Below, piece after piece: positions 23,658 through 37,389 of a stretch of 64,000 nt of DNA. The stretch spans positions 106,950,001 to 107,014,000 of the forward strand of contig NC_043001.1 in NCBI RefSeq assembly GCF_006345805.1. Reading direction: 5' to 3'. The first letter of the stretch is position 1. Every line of letters begins with the position of its first letter. Under the pieces are notes generated by a model. That model saw only the letters and a list, made by a program, of their open reading frames with translations. It was not told the origin of the DNA and did not search any database. This DNA comes from Octopus sinensis. Taxonomy: Eukaryota. The position numbers and the translations under genes are program-made.

Positions 23658-25561
23658 GTAAGTTGAAATCCGACTAAAGTGCCATTTATTCGTTAAATAT
23701 TATGCAAGACATTCAACAACACATTTCTCTCTCTCTCTCTCTCCATTTATAGTGACCACAAACTCGGGGATCCATTTTTTTCCCCAATTCTTCGTCAATT
23801 TCATACCAAACCTCCATTTTATGAATGTTTATGTATATATAAATATATATATGGATATATATGTAATTATTCAACTGTCACTCTGTTTATAAGTCGTGCT
23901 TTCAGTTTATTATACCTCGGTGGTCGTCGTAAGCAGTTTTGAGATGTGTCACACACACCGCTCTCTCCTCTAATTTTCTGTTTAAACATCTGTCGTAATA
24001 ATGTTCTTCATCTTCATTATTTCAGATGTAATGTGTGTTTCTTGTTTCGGTTAAACTGTCTTCATTCCTTTTGTTCTGTTGTATTTTATTTCAATTTCCA
24101 ACTTGTAGACAATCAACTCATGTTCTTCGCCGAATTTTTAACAATCCTTCGCAACAACCATCGTGACCTCGTGGAGAAAGAGAAAGAGCACTTTTCTTTA
24201 TGTCTTGTTTTCCAACGTTCTTTAGGTGCACTTGTGGCTAATAAAGAAGCCATTATCATTGATTCCTGCAGATGGAACCGCTTTCACTTAAGCAATTAAT
24301 TACCATTTACAAAACATGCGAAATATTACATGTTCGCATTTCTCAATTTTATGACAAATGAGTGTATAAAGCAAAAGAACCGTGTCTGATTCCTCCCTTC
24401 ACTCTCTCATATTCAAATTCTGCCGATGTTGATTTCGTCTTTTTATACTGCAAGGTTCGAAGAATGAGATACGATAAAACAATTAAAAATATATCGGAAC
24501 AGCTATATTCCGTCCCATTTCCCCCCCCCCCAAATAAAAGCTATTGTGTATGATCAAAAAATAATTTTTTTTCTTACTTAAATTATATATTACACTCACA
24601 CATACAGACAGCCATGTAGGCATTATATACATATATATATATATATACTCACGCACACACACACATATATATATATGTGTGTGTACAGGTAAAGGAAATT
24701 TTACAAGGGTTAACCCGTTTCAAGGGCAATAGCCGAGTAAGCTAAATAATTTTAAAGGAGAATCGAAACCGGGTCGTCGAATATTGACCAAAAGGTGTGT
24801 ATATTTGTCTATGTAAACACTTTGATGGTTGATGTCTGTGGAATTTGACGCCAACCTCTTCAGCACGATTTATGGCGCGCAGGATGTAGAAAATATTACA
24901 TCACACCGTCACAAGAATTTTACCATTTCCTTTAAAGAATCGTTTCATTGAGTTCTTCCGAGATGTAGGTTATATAGACACACATTAATATGCATATAAT
25001 TACACATCACTCGATTCTGTCATATATATAAAAAAAGACCAGATTTTATCCATAATTCATGTAACATCTTCCTATGGTTTGTACTTCACCAACAACTCAC
25101 GTGCGATGCGATTTTTCGCCTAAATTAGTTGAAGGGGGTGAAAATTTCTTTCGGAAATATGTTTGTAGTTCTATGCATCTTCGAGATGTTAAATTCTTTT
25201 CAAATGAAATATTGCTATTATGTATGCTTTCCCGTTTCCAATTTATTTCGTGGCCAGATCCAGAACATTCGATTGACATGTTTATGTCTATAGTCAAGGA
25301 GTTCAATTAACTTTCACATTCTACCACTTAAATTTTTTTTTTTTATTTAGCATCTTGCAGGGGACATTCTCCTGTTCATCTATCTTGTCAACTCCACTCT
25401 TTAATATTTTAGCTGCTTTAGACATGAAAAATTCTAATATTCCCGTTCCATCGTTTCCCTTAAAATATTTGCTATTTAACTCCGAATCAGCACTGATCAC
25501 ATATCGAAAATCTATTGAGGACGAGACCAAGTCTTCCCCGCGTTTTTTTTTCTCTCGTATA

Positions 25562-25915
25562 AGCGTGGGTGTGATCCTCAATCACATAGTTGTGGGTTCA
25601 GTCGCACTGCCTGGCAGCTTGGATGAGTCTTCCACTATAGTCCCGGGTATATCAAAGCCCTGTGAGTTGATTTGATAGACGGAAACTGAAAGAAGTTTGT
25701 CGTGGGTGGGCTTTGTGCTTGTTCTTTACCAACGCTTGACGACCGGTGTTCGTTTGTTTATGCTTCCGTAACAGAACTGTTCGACAAAAGAAACCGATAT
25801 TTTAGGAATGAAGATTTAAAAACAAAAATAAGTACTGCGGTCGAATTGTTCCATTAAAACCCTCCTAGACAATGGTCCAGCATGGCCGCAGTCTAATGAC
25901 AGAAACAAGTAAAAA
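25562..25915 (+). mobile_element. tRNA-derived SINE, diverged near full-length
   Basis: GGGTTCAGTC B-box-like head, GGAAACTGAAAGAAG body, standard tail. Confidence 0.8.
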
Positions 25916-26298
25916 GATATGATACACATTACCCACTGTATTTCCAGATGGTTGTGTGATTCGAGAGAGATTTGGCTGTTATGTCTAGCATGTACAGCAA
26001 TACTGTTCTGGGTTTTTGTTCTACTGGATTGACAGATAGTCGTTATGTTTTGTGTTTGGCGGGCAATATATATATTTGTGTGAAAGATGTCAGAATCCAT
26101 GCACGTTACTTTTATTGTCATACGGCAGTCAGAATGATTGAGTTCATTTGTAGTATTACGGTAAGATGTTACATGCCAGTAGTTTATAAAGGTGTGTATG
26201 GATGTATTAACTGTGCATATATGATTACATTATGCGTCTATATTCCATGTAAATACGCAATATGCATGTGCAATTAATTAGAGGTGAATGTAATATGT

Positions 26299-26338
<40 letters not shown>

Positions 26339-26367
26339 ATATATATTATATATATATATATGTTCTA

Positions 26368-26750
26368 GACGCAGGCGTGGTTGTGTGTCAAGAAGCTTGC
26401 TTCCCAACCACATAGTTCCGGGTTCAATCTCACTGCGTGGCACCTTGGCCAAGTGTCTTCCACTATTACCTCGGGCCGACCAAAGCCTTGTAAGTGAATT
26501 TGGTACATGAGAATGAAAGAAGCTCGTCGTATTTATTTATATATATGTATATTTCCGTGTGTTTGTCCCCCGCCCCCCATCGTCACTTGACAACCGGTGT
26601 TAGTGTTTACGTTTCCGTAACTTTGCTGTTCTGCAAAAGAGACTGATAAGTACTGGGCTTAAGAAATATCCTGGGATTGATTTGTTTGACTAAAACCCTT
26701 CAAGGCGGTGTTCTAGCGTGGCCGCAGTCAAATGGCTGAAACAAGTAAAA
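26368..26750 (+). mobile_element. tRNA-derived SINE, full-length
   Basis: GCAGGCGTGGTTGTGTG...GGGTTCAATCTCACTGCGTGGCACCTTGGCCAAGTGTC...GAAACAAGTAAAA. Confidence 0.85.
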
Positions 26751-26879
26751 TAATATATATATATCTTCTGTTTAAGTTATTGTGTGTGTATATATAGTGT
26801 ATTTTGCTTTAGTCATTGTGTATGTGTGTTGAAGTAGATAGTTTCTGCTATTTAGGTGACCAAACCATGCTGGATGCTC

Positions 26880-27830
26880 TGAAAGTATTATTACTAGAAT
26901 AAGAATAGGATGGGTAAAGTTCAAGGAGCTACTACCTCTGTTGGTAACAAAAAGATTCTCTCTTTGAGTGAAAGGTAAATTGTATGATGCTTGTGTGAGA
27001 ACTGCTATATTATATAATAGTGAGACATGGGCTTTGACTGGAGAGTAATGAAGGTAGTATGCTCCGATGGATTTGCAACATTAGTGTGCATGACTGACAA
27101 AGCACAATTGTGTTGAGAGAAAAGTTAGGCATAAGAGGAGTTAAATGTGGCATTTAGGAGAGGAGAATGCATTGGTTTGGACATGTGATGTGTATGTGTG
27201 AAGACAGCTGTATAAAGAAGTGCCTGTCACTGGGAGAGGAAGACCCAAGAAGACATGGGATGATGTGGTGAGGACTGATTTTAGGATGTTGGGGCTCACA
27301 GAGGAAATGATAATGGGTCAAAATGTTCAATGATAGGAGGTTCTAGAGAAGACCTGCCCACATCAGCGAAGCTGAGTGCTAGTAGAGCTGTGTCCCACCC
27401 TCATGGAACAACAAACTTTTCCAACCCCAAGAAACCAAACTACATCTGTTTTAAACAGCATCTTTTTTTTCCTCACATTTCCTCTTCATAAACTATGATT
27501 GTCTTCCAGTCCCCTTTCCTGCCCTCACTGTATTGCTGCTGTCACCCTGCACTGTTTTTATACCCGGGTTTTCATCAGTCTCTTCAATCCCCACTCCCTA
27601 CTTGTACCTTCTTGGCAATACCTGACCACGTATATTACAACCTTTGTACCTCTCTCTTCCTTACTCTACCATCACATCTATGCTCTGATCCTTGTTACTT
27701 GTGAGTATACCCTTGCATTTCACCATCTCTCTTTCTTAAACCTTTGCTGTTCCTTACACTCTCTCTGTCTCTCTCTCTCTCTCTCTTGCTTTTCCCTCTG
27801 GTTGGGTAACCACGTATCTCTTCTATAACA
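26880..27830 (+). mobile_element. RTE-clade LINE 3' fragment with CT-rich tail
   Basis: Decayed RT C-terminus (KFKELL, MLRWICNI, WFGHV) like the larger copy at 41160-42420. Confidence 0.75.
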
Positions 27831-29839
27831 GTACACCTATTTCTTCTCTCATTCTTGATCACTCTCTCTTTCTCCTTGTTTTTCCTCTGACTAGGTAACC
27901 AAGTATCTCCTTTACATCAGCACACTGTTTCTGTCCTCTTTCTTCTATCTGTCTCTCACTCACTTCCTCTCACTCCCTCTCCCTCCTCTCTTCTCTCTTA
28001 CTTTCACTGGGTAACCATGTACCTCCTCTATAGCATGACACCTATTTTTGCCTCTCTATTTCTCTGCCACACTAACCTTTCTTCATCTGATACTAGATCA
28101 CCTCCAATTCCCCTTCTGTCATAGCAAGATACCTGTTTCTGTCTCTCTGTCACCCTCTAACCTTTCATCCTCTGATACAAGCTCCCCTCCTCAAATGCCA
28201 CTGCCCTCTTGCAAGTTAATTGGTGACTTCCAGTGCTGGTGCCACGTAAAAAGCATTCAGTCCACACTGTAAAGTGGTTGGCATTTGGAAGGGCATCCAG
28301 CTGTAAAAACCATGCCAAAACTAACCTCACCTGTGCTAGTGCTACGTAAAAATCACTGAGTCCACTCTACAGAGTGTTTGGTATTAGGAAGAGCATCCAG
28401 CTGTAAAAATCCTGCCAAACAGACACTAGCCTAGGGTAGTTTTTCTACTTAGTTGGCTCCTATCAATTGTCCTACCCTTGCATGCATGGAAGATGGACGT
28501 TAAACGATGATGATGATATATAAACAAACACGTTAACGTCTAGTTTCCATGCTTAGTGTTTGAGACAAATTTTCTGTGGCTGGTTGTTGTTCATGTTGCC
28601 ACCCTCACCTTTTTCCAAGCTAGGTAATATTCTTCCGTAACCAGACATACTTTCGTATGACTTTGTATAACAGTGGCACTTGTTTACAACTATCTTGTGA
28701 TGTAAAGACAAGGAGTTTCTCTTTCTCTCTCTCTCTCATATATATATAGGAGCTTTTTTCAGTTTCTGTCTACCAAGTCACTGATATTAAACCTGAAATG
28801 ATGTACTTTTATATGTGTGTGTATGAATATACACATGCATACATGTTTATATATATATACGTAAATTGTGTCATCATCATCAATTAATGTCTGTTTTTCA
28901 TGCCAGCATGTGTTGAACTTCTTTATCAGTTTCCATTGTTTTGGCATGGTTTCTATGGCTGGATGTCCCTTTTAATGCCAACCAATTTACAGAGTGTACT
29001 GGATGCTTTTTATAAACTGGTTGGCATTAGGAAGGACATCCACCTATAGACACTGTGTGTGTGTATATATTCAACCCTGTCCATTTTTCATGTTGGGGTC
29101 ATGAGAATAGTGTCCTTGGGCACCTCCTCCATAGGGTTGTATCACATATACACACATCACCATCATCATCATTTAATGTCCATTTTCCATGCCAGCACAG
29201 GTTGGACAGTTTGACAGGAACTGGTCAGCTGGAGAACTGCCCAGGTTCCAATTGTCTATTTTGGTATAGTTTCTTTGGCTGGATACCCTTCCTAATGCCA
29301 ACCACTTCACAGAGTGTGCTGGGTGCCTTTTTATGTACCACTAGCAGGGGTGTTTTATATGTGACACTGGCACAGGTGCCTTTTACATGGCATCAGCATA
29401 CACTTTTTTTGCAGGCTATACATGCGAGTTGTTACAGTTTGTAACAGGTCTTTCTGCATAGCTTCTCTGGTGGTTCACCAGGCCTTTGTGAGACATACCT
29501 ATGTGGCCACAAACTTCACAGATGAGGTGAGGAACTGTAGGATCAACTGAATTGTCTTTCATGCTGGTCTCTTTATGTGTGACCACCTTGTTTGCTTTTC
29601 GCTGGAATGTTATCACTCTATCATAGATTCTTTGTTTCAAGGTTTTCCTATCATATGTACATATATACACATACATATACTCAAATATATTTGTATACCT
29701 GTATATATAAACACATGCTATATACATAACTGTATACACATAAAGTGTATGTGTAATCATCGTCATCATCTTATGTCTGTCTTTCATGCATGCATAGGTA
29801 GGATGGTTGATAGGAGCCAGCCAGGTAGAAAAACTACCC

Positions 29840-30625
29840 TAGGCTGTAGAGGAGATATGTGGCTACCCAGCCAAATGGGAGAGAAAGAGAGTAGGAAAAG
29901 GCAAAAGTGTAAGAGAGCAGGAGAGAGAGACGGTGGAGTACCAGGGTATATTCACAAATAACCAGGATCAGAGCATAGATGTGATGGTAAAGAAACGAGA
30001 GGTATGAAGGTCATAATATACACAGTCAGGTATTGTCAAGAAGGTGCAAGTAGGGAGTGGGGATTGCAGTGATTGGCAAAAGCCTGGTTGAGAGCAAGAA
30101 AGGGGATTGGAAGACAATCATAGCTTATGAAGAGGAAATGTAAGGAAGAGAGAGATGCTGTTTAGAAGAGATGTAGTTCAGTTTCTTGGAGTAGGCTGTG
30201 TGAAAAGTTTGTTGTTGCATGTGGGTGGGACACAACTCTTCTAGCACTCAGTTTTGCTGATGTGGGCAGGTCTTCTCTAGAATTTCATATTGCTAAACAT
30301 TTTGGTTCATTGTCATTTCTTCTGTGAGCTGCAACATCCTAAGATCAGTCCTCAACACATCATCCCATGTCTTCCTGGGTCTCCCTCTTCCAGTGACAGG
30401 CACTTCTTTATACAGCTGTCTTCACACACATGCATCACATGTCCAAACCAACGCATTCTCCTCTCCTAAATGCCACATTTAACTCCTCTTATGCTTAACT
30501 TTTCTCTCAACTCACTTGTGTTTTGTTGGTCATGCACAGTGATGTTGCAAATCCATCGGAGCATACTACCTTCAGTCCTCTTCAATCTACGCATTTCCTC
30601 TGCAGTCAGAGCCTGTGTCTCTACC
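29840..30625 (-). mobile_element. Inverted sibling of the 26880-27830 RTE fragment
   Basis: Reverse complement aligns to 27040-27830, including the tail. Confidence 0.8.
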
Positions 30626-30627
30626 TG

Positions 30628-33560
30628 TAGTGGGCACAGCTAACCAAAAAGTTAACTTCTCTAACCGCTAATCCGCTAACTAAAAAAGCTTTACAAATAC
30701 TAAAGAGTTAAAAGAATTAGTGGAAGCTAATACTAACTGACAACCACTAACTATTATCATATGAATTTAGTTTCAGTTTTTTTTTTTTTTGCTCTAAAAC
30801 CCCTAAAAACAAACTTATAGAGCTGAAATTTTTATGTTGTAGCTTAGACATAGAGCTTTCCAGAAGGTAAATCGTGCTGAAATTAGATGGTGATCAAAGT
30901 ATATGCAAATAAATGAACAAATGAAATTTAACATTAGTTTTTCCAGCAACATACATTTTATTTACTGTACAAAAATTATTAAACAAATAGCATTGGTATC
31001 ATGCGAAAATCAGATGATGATCAAGGTGTACTAATCTGGCTGGGCCTTCTCCATTGCTTTGACGTAATGCTTGTTGCCCTTCATAAGCATCAGCCTCTCA
31101 AAGTTACCATCTGACAGGGTGGCTCTCTTGGCCCTCAAAATATCTTTGCCTTTAGAGAATAGGCACTCAACTGCAGCACTGGATGGGATGATAGTGTTAT
31201 GCTTGGTGAACAGGTTGATCAAGACCTGTTCACCCAAAAAGGAGACTTCAGTCAGGGCCTCCTTCGAGACGGCCTCTAGCCAGGTCTTCAAGTTCTGTGC
31301 CTTGGATTTCAGTGACCTGTGGTTCCTGCTCTCCCAGAACCAAGTGATGGTGCTGAAGAAATCATCATCTTCATTGCTGGTTGTGCTGCTGTCCTCCTCA
31401 TTGGTCTACATTAAGGCTGTCTTTACGATGGTTTCCATGGTGTTCATTACTCTGCTAAACTGGCTGTTATTATACTGCTCCATTCAGAACAAGCGAAACT
31501 TGGGGTGGAAGGCAGCCGCCTGCTGGTACTCCAGGTCTTCTAGGAGGAGCCCAAACCATTTCATGATGCCTGCCAGCATTGCATCTACCAGAAGACTGCA
31601 GTACAGGAGATGTTTGAATTTGGCCTCCTTCAATTTCATGACAGTGGCCACTACAGTTGGCCTAAGGCTCCTGAGATAGGCTTGGTCCTTCCCTTAGATT
31701 TTATCCAAAGCCTGCCTTGGCAACATTAGACATCACCTGGGCATACTCCATCAGGAAGCTGACATCAGAATCAGTGAAGATCTGCAGCTTCAGCTGTGTC
31801 ATCACCCTGTGGACACCTCCCCTATTCTTCTCCAGCAGGTTGTTGAGGACAACAACAGAGTTATAGGTAGAGTTTCATCTGTACCAAACTGCAAAAGTGC
31901 CTTAATGTTTTTGCCACTGTCCATCGTGTTCCTGGTCACCTTGTTGTGCAGATGGAACTTTTGTTGGGTGTCCACCATGGCCTCTGTGAGAATATCAAAG
32001 GTGTCCTCTGAGCTGAGAGCAGGCCATGACAGCATGTTATCTCATGCGGGTCTTGGGATCTAGCCAGTATGCCATCATCGCCAGGTAGGACCTGTTATGA
32101 GCTGACCAGCAGTCTCCAGTGGTCACTATCCAGGGGACATCCTAGAGCAGTCTGTAATTAAAAAATGTTAAATTGTAAAGAGACGTAAGGTGTAAAGTTA
32201 AAAACTTAAAATTATATATATTTAATAATCAAGGTGGTTAGCAGCAATTTAAAACCAACAAGGATATAATTCACCATCACTAAGAGTGACAAGGGTACAG
32301 TGAGCACCAGCATTGCTAGAAATAGGAGTTGTAGACTCTTTAGCCACAAAAGCACATGGTCTCTTTGTATTGACAGTGGAGAAAACCCTCCCCACTCTGA
32401 GTGAGATGCATTAGATTAGCATGCTAATTTCGTATAGGAAATCAATACTCATCAGGAATGTTCACACCATCACAGCTGGTAGAGGCCAACTCACCATGTT
32501 AATATTATGGAGAATGCCATTGGAATTAGTGATTTATTTCACAAAACGGCCATGTGAAAATTATAAAATAATCAAGGTGGCTAGCAGCAATTTAAAACCA
32601 AGAAGGAAATAATTCACCATCAATATATATAAACTGATGCAGAGTATGATCAAGGCTGACTAAAAAGAAAGAAAACTAACCTCAGATCTGCATCTCCATA
32701 CAAGCTGCAATGGTATTTGTGAACATATGGTTTGTACAATTTTTTGCAGGAAGGATGGAGGTGGGACATTTGATTGCAGTATCTTATAAACCATATTTTG
32801 TTTAAAGAAATCACACAGATTGTAGTTTAACATTTGTTTCCAGGTTATTCCAAATTCATGGAAATATTGTTTATAATTTAAAGCCTTGTTATTAAACTTT
32901 TGAAAATAGTGACACTATCTTGATAGGTGACATGTTGTGGGGGATGAATAACCGAGATGAGGAATGAAATGATGTTCGGAATTTGATAAGTTCAGAACTT
33001 AAAGTTTGTTTATTTGTCATTTCATTAAAAACTGCTATTTTGGCCATGCAGACTTAATAAGTGGAATATATATATTTATATATATATATACTGTATATTA
33101 GATATTATGATATTTATTTCAATTAGCTGTTATGTTATATTACATTAAGAAAATAGTTATTTAAAAAATAATTAAATTAAATTAAAATATGAAGCACACC
33201 ATTATAATTTAATAATCATGTATAATTTTAATTTATAAATACCTTGTAAGATACTCCTCCAGCTGTTAATGGCAGGACATCGTCTTGCTGGGATTTAGCA
33301 TCTTGATCAGGCTGACCAAAGTGTGGGAATCCACTACATGCAGTGGTAGCATTTTATCAACAAACAGTTCTACAATTCTTCTGTCCACCTTAGACTGAGG
33401 GATGCCAGTGCCAGCAGTTTGGGCAAATGCCTTGCCAATGGTGGGCTGGCGTGCTTTCTTTGCACATAGCTGGGACAACTGGCTACTGGCATTGCTACTA
33501 GAACTGACTAGAACAGTGGCTACGGGCACTGCTACTAGAAGATTATGTCTCAAGGAGGAG
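30628..33560 (-). mobile_element. Decayed hAT transposon, 5'-truncated, with an intron-interrupted transposase pseudogene
   Basis: Dimerisation motif IPSSAAVECLFSKGKDILRAKRATLSDGNFERLM (31031-31291); catalytic-region motifs TTGDCWSAHNRSYL and TMDSGKN; N-terminal PQSKVDRRIVELFVDKMLPLHVVDS; terminal sequence TAGTGGGCACAGCTAACC near 30628. Confidence 0.88.
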
Positions 33561-33739
33561 CCGGCCTTGATCCTCCCCTCAAACTGGATGGCATGTGTTG
33601 GGTGTTTCCGCTTGACTGGGGTCTGGGAAGCCAGGAGGCTGCATCAGGCTCCAGTCTGATCTGGCAGTCTTTCTATAGCTGGATGCCTTTTCTAAAGCTA
33701 ACCACTCCATGAGTGTAGTGGGTACTTTTTACGTGCCAC

Positions 33740-34430
33740 CAGCACAGGGGCAGTTTGAGACCCCTGTAGTTATTTCTATCGAGAGCATCACCTTTACCCC
33801 TGTAGCAGTTGACTATGGTGCTGCTACACCAGTCATTGGGTATAAACAGGTTAACAGAGAAATGTTTGCATATGACAGATGTGGTGGAGCAATAAATTTT
33901 AAGTGTGCATGGAAAATGTGTTTTCAAATGCCCAGGAGGACTTTTAGAAGTAGTGTATAGCTTCTGTTATCTAGGTGGTGGAGGATATTGTCAAAGCCAG
34001 AGTAAGAAAAGGGTAGAAAAATTCAGGCATCTATTATTCTGTGGCAACAAAAGGTTTCTTTCTCAAAGTGAAATCTGAATGTATGATGCTCAAGAAACCA
34101 ATTGTAATGCTGCACAGTAGTGAAATGTGGGCCCTGAATGTTGAGGACATGTGATGACTAGAAAGAAATGAAGCAAGCATTCTCTACTGGATGTCATGAC
34201 TATGCATGATTGATGAAGTACAAATGTTTGAAGAAAAAGAGTGGACATAACAAGAATCAATTGTAGTGTGCAAGAGAGAAGACCACATTGGTTTGGGTAT
34301 GTTATGTGTATGGATGTGGATATCTGTATTAAGTGCTGGTAGTTCACAGGAGATGGAATGTGTGCAAGAAGACCTGAGACTTGTAGAAGAGTTGACGAAG
34401 GGTGAAGATGATTGGAAATCTACAATATTC
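33740..34430. mobile_element. RTE LINE fragments (short minus piece then plus piece)
   Basis: CYRGKGDALDRNNYRGLKL on minus; decayed RT C-terminus on plus. Confidence 0.7.
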
Positions 34431-35328
34431 ATGAAGTCCTATCCTTGTGTTAGCACATTATGATTGAGGCTCTCAAAGCACACAACTAGGTCCTTGCTAA
34501 GTCTATAATTCCTGCTTCCTTTTCTCCCTATTTGAGCAACTAGGTCCCTTCTCTGTGCCACTTCCTGTTGACATCCATCCCTCATTTTTACTATCACCTA
34601 CCCTCCTCCCTTGTTGGTATCCATTTTCACTCTCCCTTCATTTGCAACCTTTAATTCCCTCACTCATCCCTCTATTATTTTCCTGCATTCTGTTGCTATA
34701 AGAATTGAGTGCAGAACCTCTTACTTTATACCATACTTCATCATTGTCTCTGTGCTGCTAGTCATCACTCCTTCTCTTCTGTGTTTTTCACAATCAGCAT
34801 CCATTCTTATTGTCACCACTCATTGTTACCAATCCCACCTCTGTTCAGCATTCACTACATTCATACACCATATCTGACTACTCTCCTCCCTCCCTGTTTA
34901 TATCCATATCTCATTCACCTCTCAAACTCTAACAACCCTTCCTACTGTCCTCCCTGATTTTTCTGTATCCGTGCTCCCTTTTATCCATCTCTTGGCCATG
35001 TTACTCTGAGGGTGTGTTCTGGTATCTTGTCATCACTGATCTTCTATCCTCCTTCTCAGCTGAAGTGGTGGTGTGGCTCTTTAGTGTTGCAAGTTGCTGG
35101 GTAACACTGAAAATGAAAGCACCCAGTATATTTTGTAAAGTGCCTGGTGTTAGAAAGGGCATGCCAAAACTTGGACACTAAATCTTCTGACCTGCTATAT
35201 CCTATCATGACATCCAGCCTATACCTGCATGGAAAGTAGATGTAGAAATGATGAGGATGTGTGTGTATATGTGTCAGATTGACTGTTCTCACCAGAACGT
35301 CCTTTCCAGGTGAAAAATGTACTACTCA

Positions 35329-35716
35329 GGCGCAGGAGTGGCTGTGTGGTAAGTAGCTTGCTAACCAACCACATGGTTCCGGGTTCAGTCCCACTGCGTG
35401 GCATCTTGGGCAAGTGTCTTCTGCTATAACCCCGGGCCGACCAAAGCCTTGTGAGTGGATTTGGTAGACAGAAACTGAAAGAAGCTTGTCGTATATATGT
35501 ATGTGTGTGTGTGTTTGTGTGTCTGCGTTTGTCCCCCTAGCATTGCTTGACAACTAATGCTGGTGTGTTTACGTCCCCGTCACTTTGCGGTTCGGCGAAA
35601 GAGACCGATAGAATAAGTACTGGGCTTACAAAGAACAAGTCCCGGGGTCGATTTGCTCGACTAAACGTGGTGCTCCAGCATGGCCGCAGTCAAATGACTG
35701 AAACAAGTAAAAGAGT
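35329..35716 (+). mobile_element. tRNA-derived SINE, full-length, young
   Basis: GGCGCAGGAGTGGCTGTGTGGTAAG (A-box-like), GGGTTCAGTCCC (B-box-like), intact body and tail. Confidence 0.92.
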
Positions 35717-35769
35717 ACTCAACTCAGGTTAGTTGTTAATTACTTCAGACTTAGAGCTAGAAGGCCTCA

Positions 35770-36095
35770 GAGATACAAGCCCGTCTGGAAAAGTAAGATA
35801 TGAAAGCTTAAAGATCCATTGAGCAGTCAAAAATTTTAGAGAAATCCTAACTGAAGCATTTGAGAAGAAGGTGGAAGACCTACAGATGTATGATACACAA
35901 GATAACTAGAAGTTCTTATCGGACAACTTACTGAGGGTCACAGACCAAATCTGTGGCTTGTGCAAAGTTCTAGCCAGGCAAAAGGAGTCATAGTGGTGGA
36001 ACAGTAAAGCAGACAGAGCCATAAAAGCAAAGAGACAAACTTGGATTAGAATGAGTGTCACAGAATTATATCAGATAGCCAGAAGAGAAGTCAGG
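35770..36095 (+). mobile_element. RTE LINE internal fragment
   Basis: Decayed ...ATDQICG...WWN..DRAIKAK...-type sequence from between the EN and RT domains. Confidence 0.55.
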
Positions 36096-37389
36096 TAACT
36101 GATTGGAAATAGGAATATAAAATCAAATTCCTCGTGGTCTGAATGGAAAAATTTTAACATTTTATAAAAGGATATTGAAATTACAATTAAAGAAGCAAAT
36201 AAATGTAGTGCTGTTATTGTAAAATAATAGAAAATAATAATTACTATGAAGATATTGGCAATAAAAATAATGGAAAATTACTGATTTTATTGAATATGTA
36301 CTAATATTGTCTCCAGATGATTTGAAATTAAGACCAATTATGGCAGATCTTGTAGGTTAAGTAAATTTTGGGGGATCCAAAATATATTGTTTTATTCTAT
36401 ATATATTAACCATTTTCTTTAATGTGTGAAAATACATTAATATCCCTCACAATTATGGATTCATTGCAATTAGATATTACTTTGGTATATAACAGTTTAA
36501 ATTACCAGAATATTTGGACAAAATTTCATCTTTGTTAGTCTGAGATTCCTATTAGGAAGTAATTATTTCATATTTGATGACTCAGCATGCTGACAAAGTT
36601 TAGGGACTGCAGTGAGTATTATAGTCCCCTCCTCCATACCAATTTGAGATTTGATTCAAGTGACTCGTAATTGCTGATCTGGTCAAAATGTGCATTAGTG
36701 ATAGAAACACGATTTGTTGTATAAAAGTAGTAGTATTAGAGTGGCTGGAAGATTAAGTAAAGCAAAAGTGTGCAACAAAGAAAGAGAGATGAGAGCCAAT
36801 GAAGAGATGAAAACGAATTTCAACTGGTTTCAACATTGAAGTATTTTGCATCAACTATTTCAGTACACATTTTCAGTCTGATTCTGGTTCTCATGCAAGC
36901 ATGTAAAGTGGCTGTATTAACTCTTAGTGTCCTGTATGATACAAATCTACCTCTCAGCGCATGTATTTGTCAGCCTATTACCACTTGAAACTGTCTGAAT
37001 CAGTTTTATGTTATGTTTTATTGTCACAGTACAGTGTTTGTAGCAAGGTTTGGATTTTTGAGTTCTGGGTCATTGTTTTGACACTAGATACATGTTGTCT
37101 TCTTGACATTTGAATTTTTTACTCGTGAAACTTAAATGCCATTTCAGCTTGCAGTATAAGGTGCATCAGTTTGTTTTTTGTTTTGAGGTCATTTGCATGA
37201 ATTTAGAAAAAGATGCATAGTTCATCAAAGAAAAGCTATATTTGTAAACAAATGGTACAAATAATCTTGAGAATCCCTTTATCCCACCAGTTCAATGAAT
37301 CTTCTGCTAGCATCTATGGCTGCTTCAATATGGGGTTGGAAGTGTTGTCATGCCAAAATCATGATCTCGCAATTTTGAATATAGTGCTG

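Noticed and set aside
31071-31679. 202-aa plus-strand ORF
   Set aside because: Antisense shadow of the decayed hAT transposase.
36130-36620. Possible L1/Tx1 endonuclease fragment on the minus strand (NESIIVRDIN resembling the GDFN motif)
   Set aside because: A single weak motif, too decayed to support a call without a database search.
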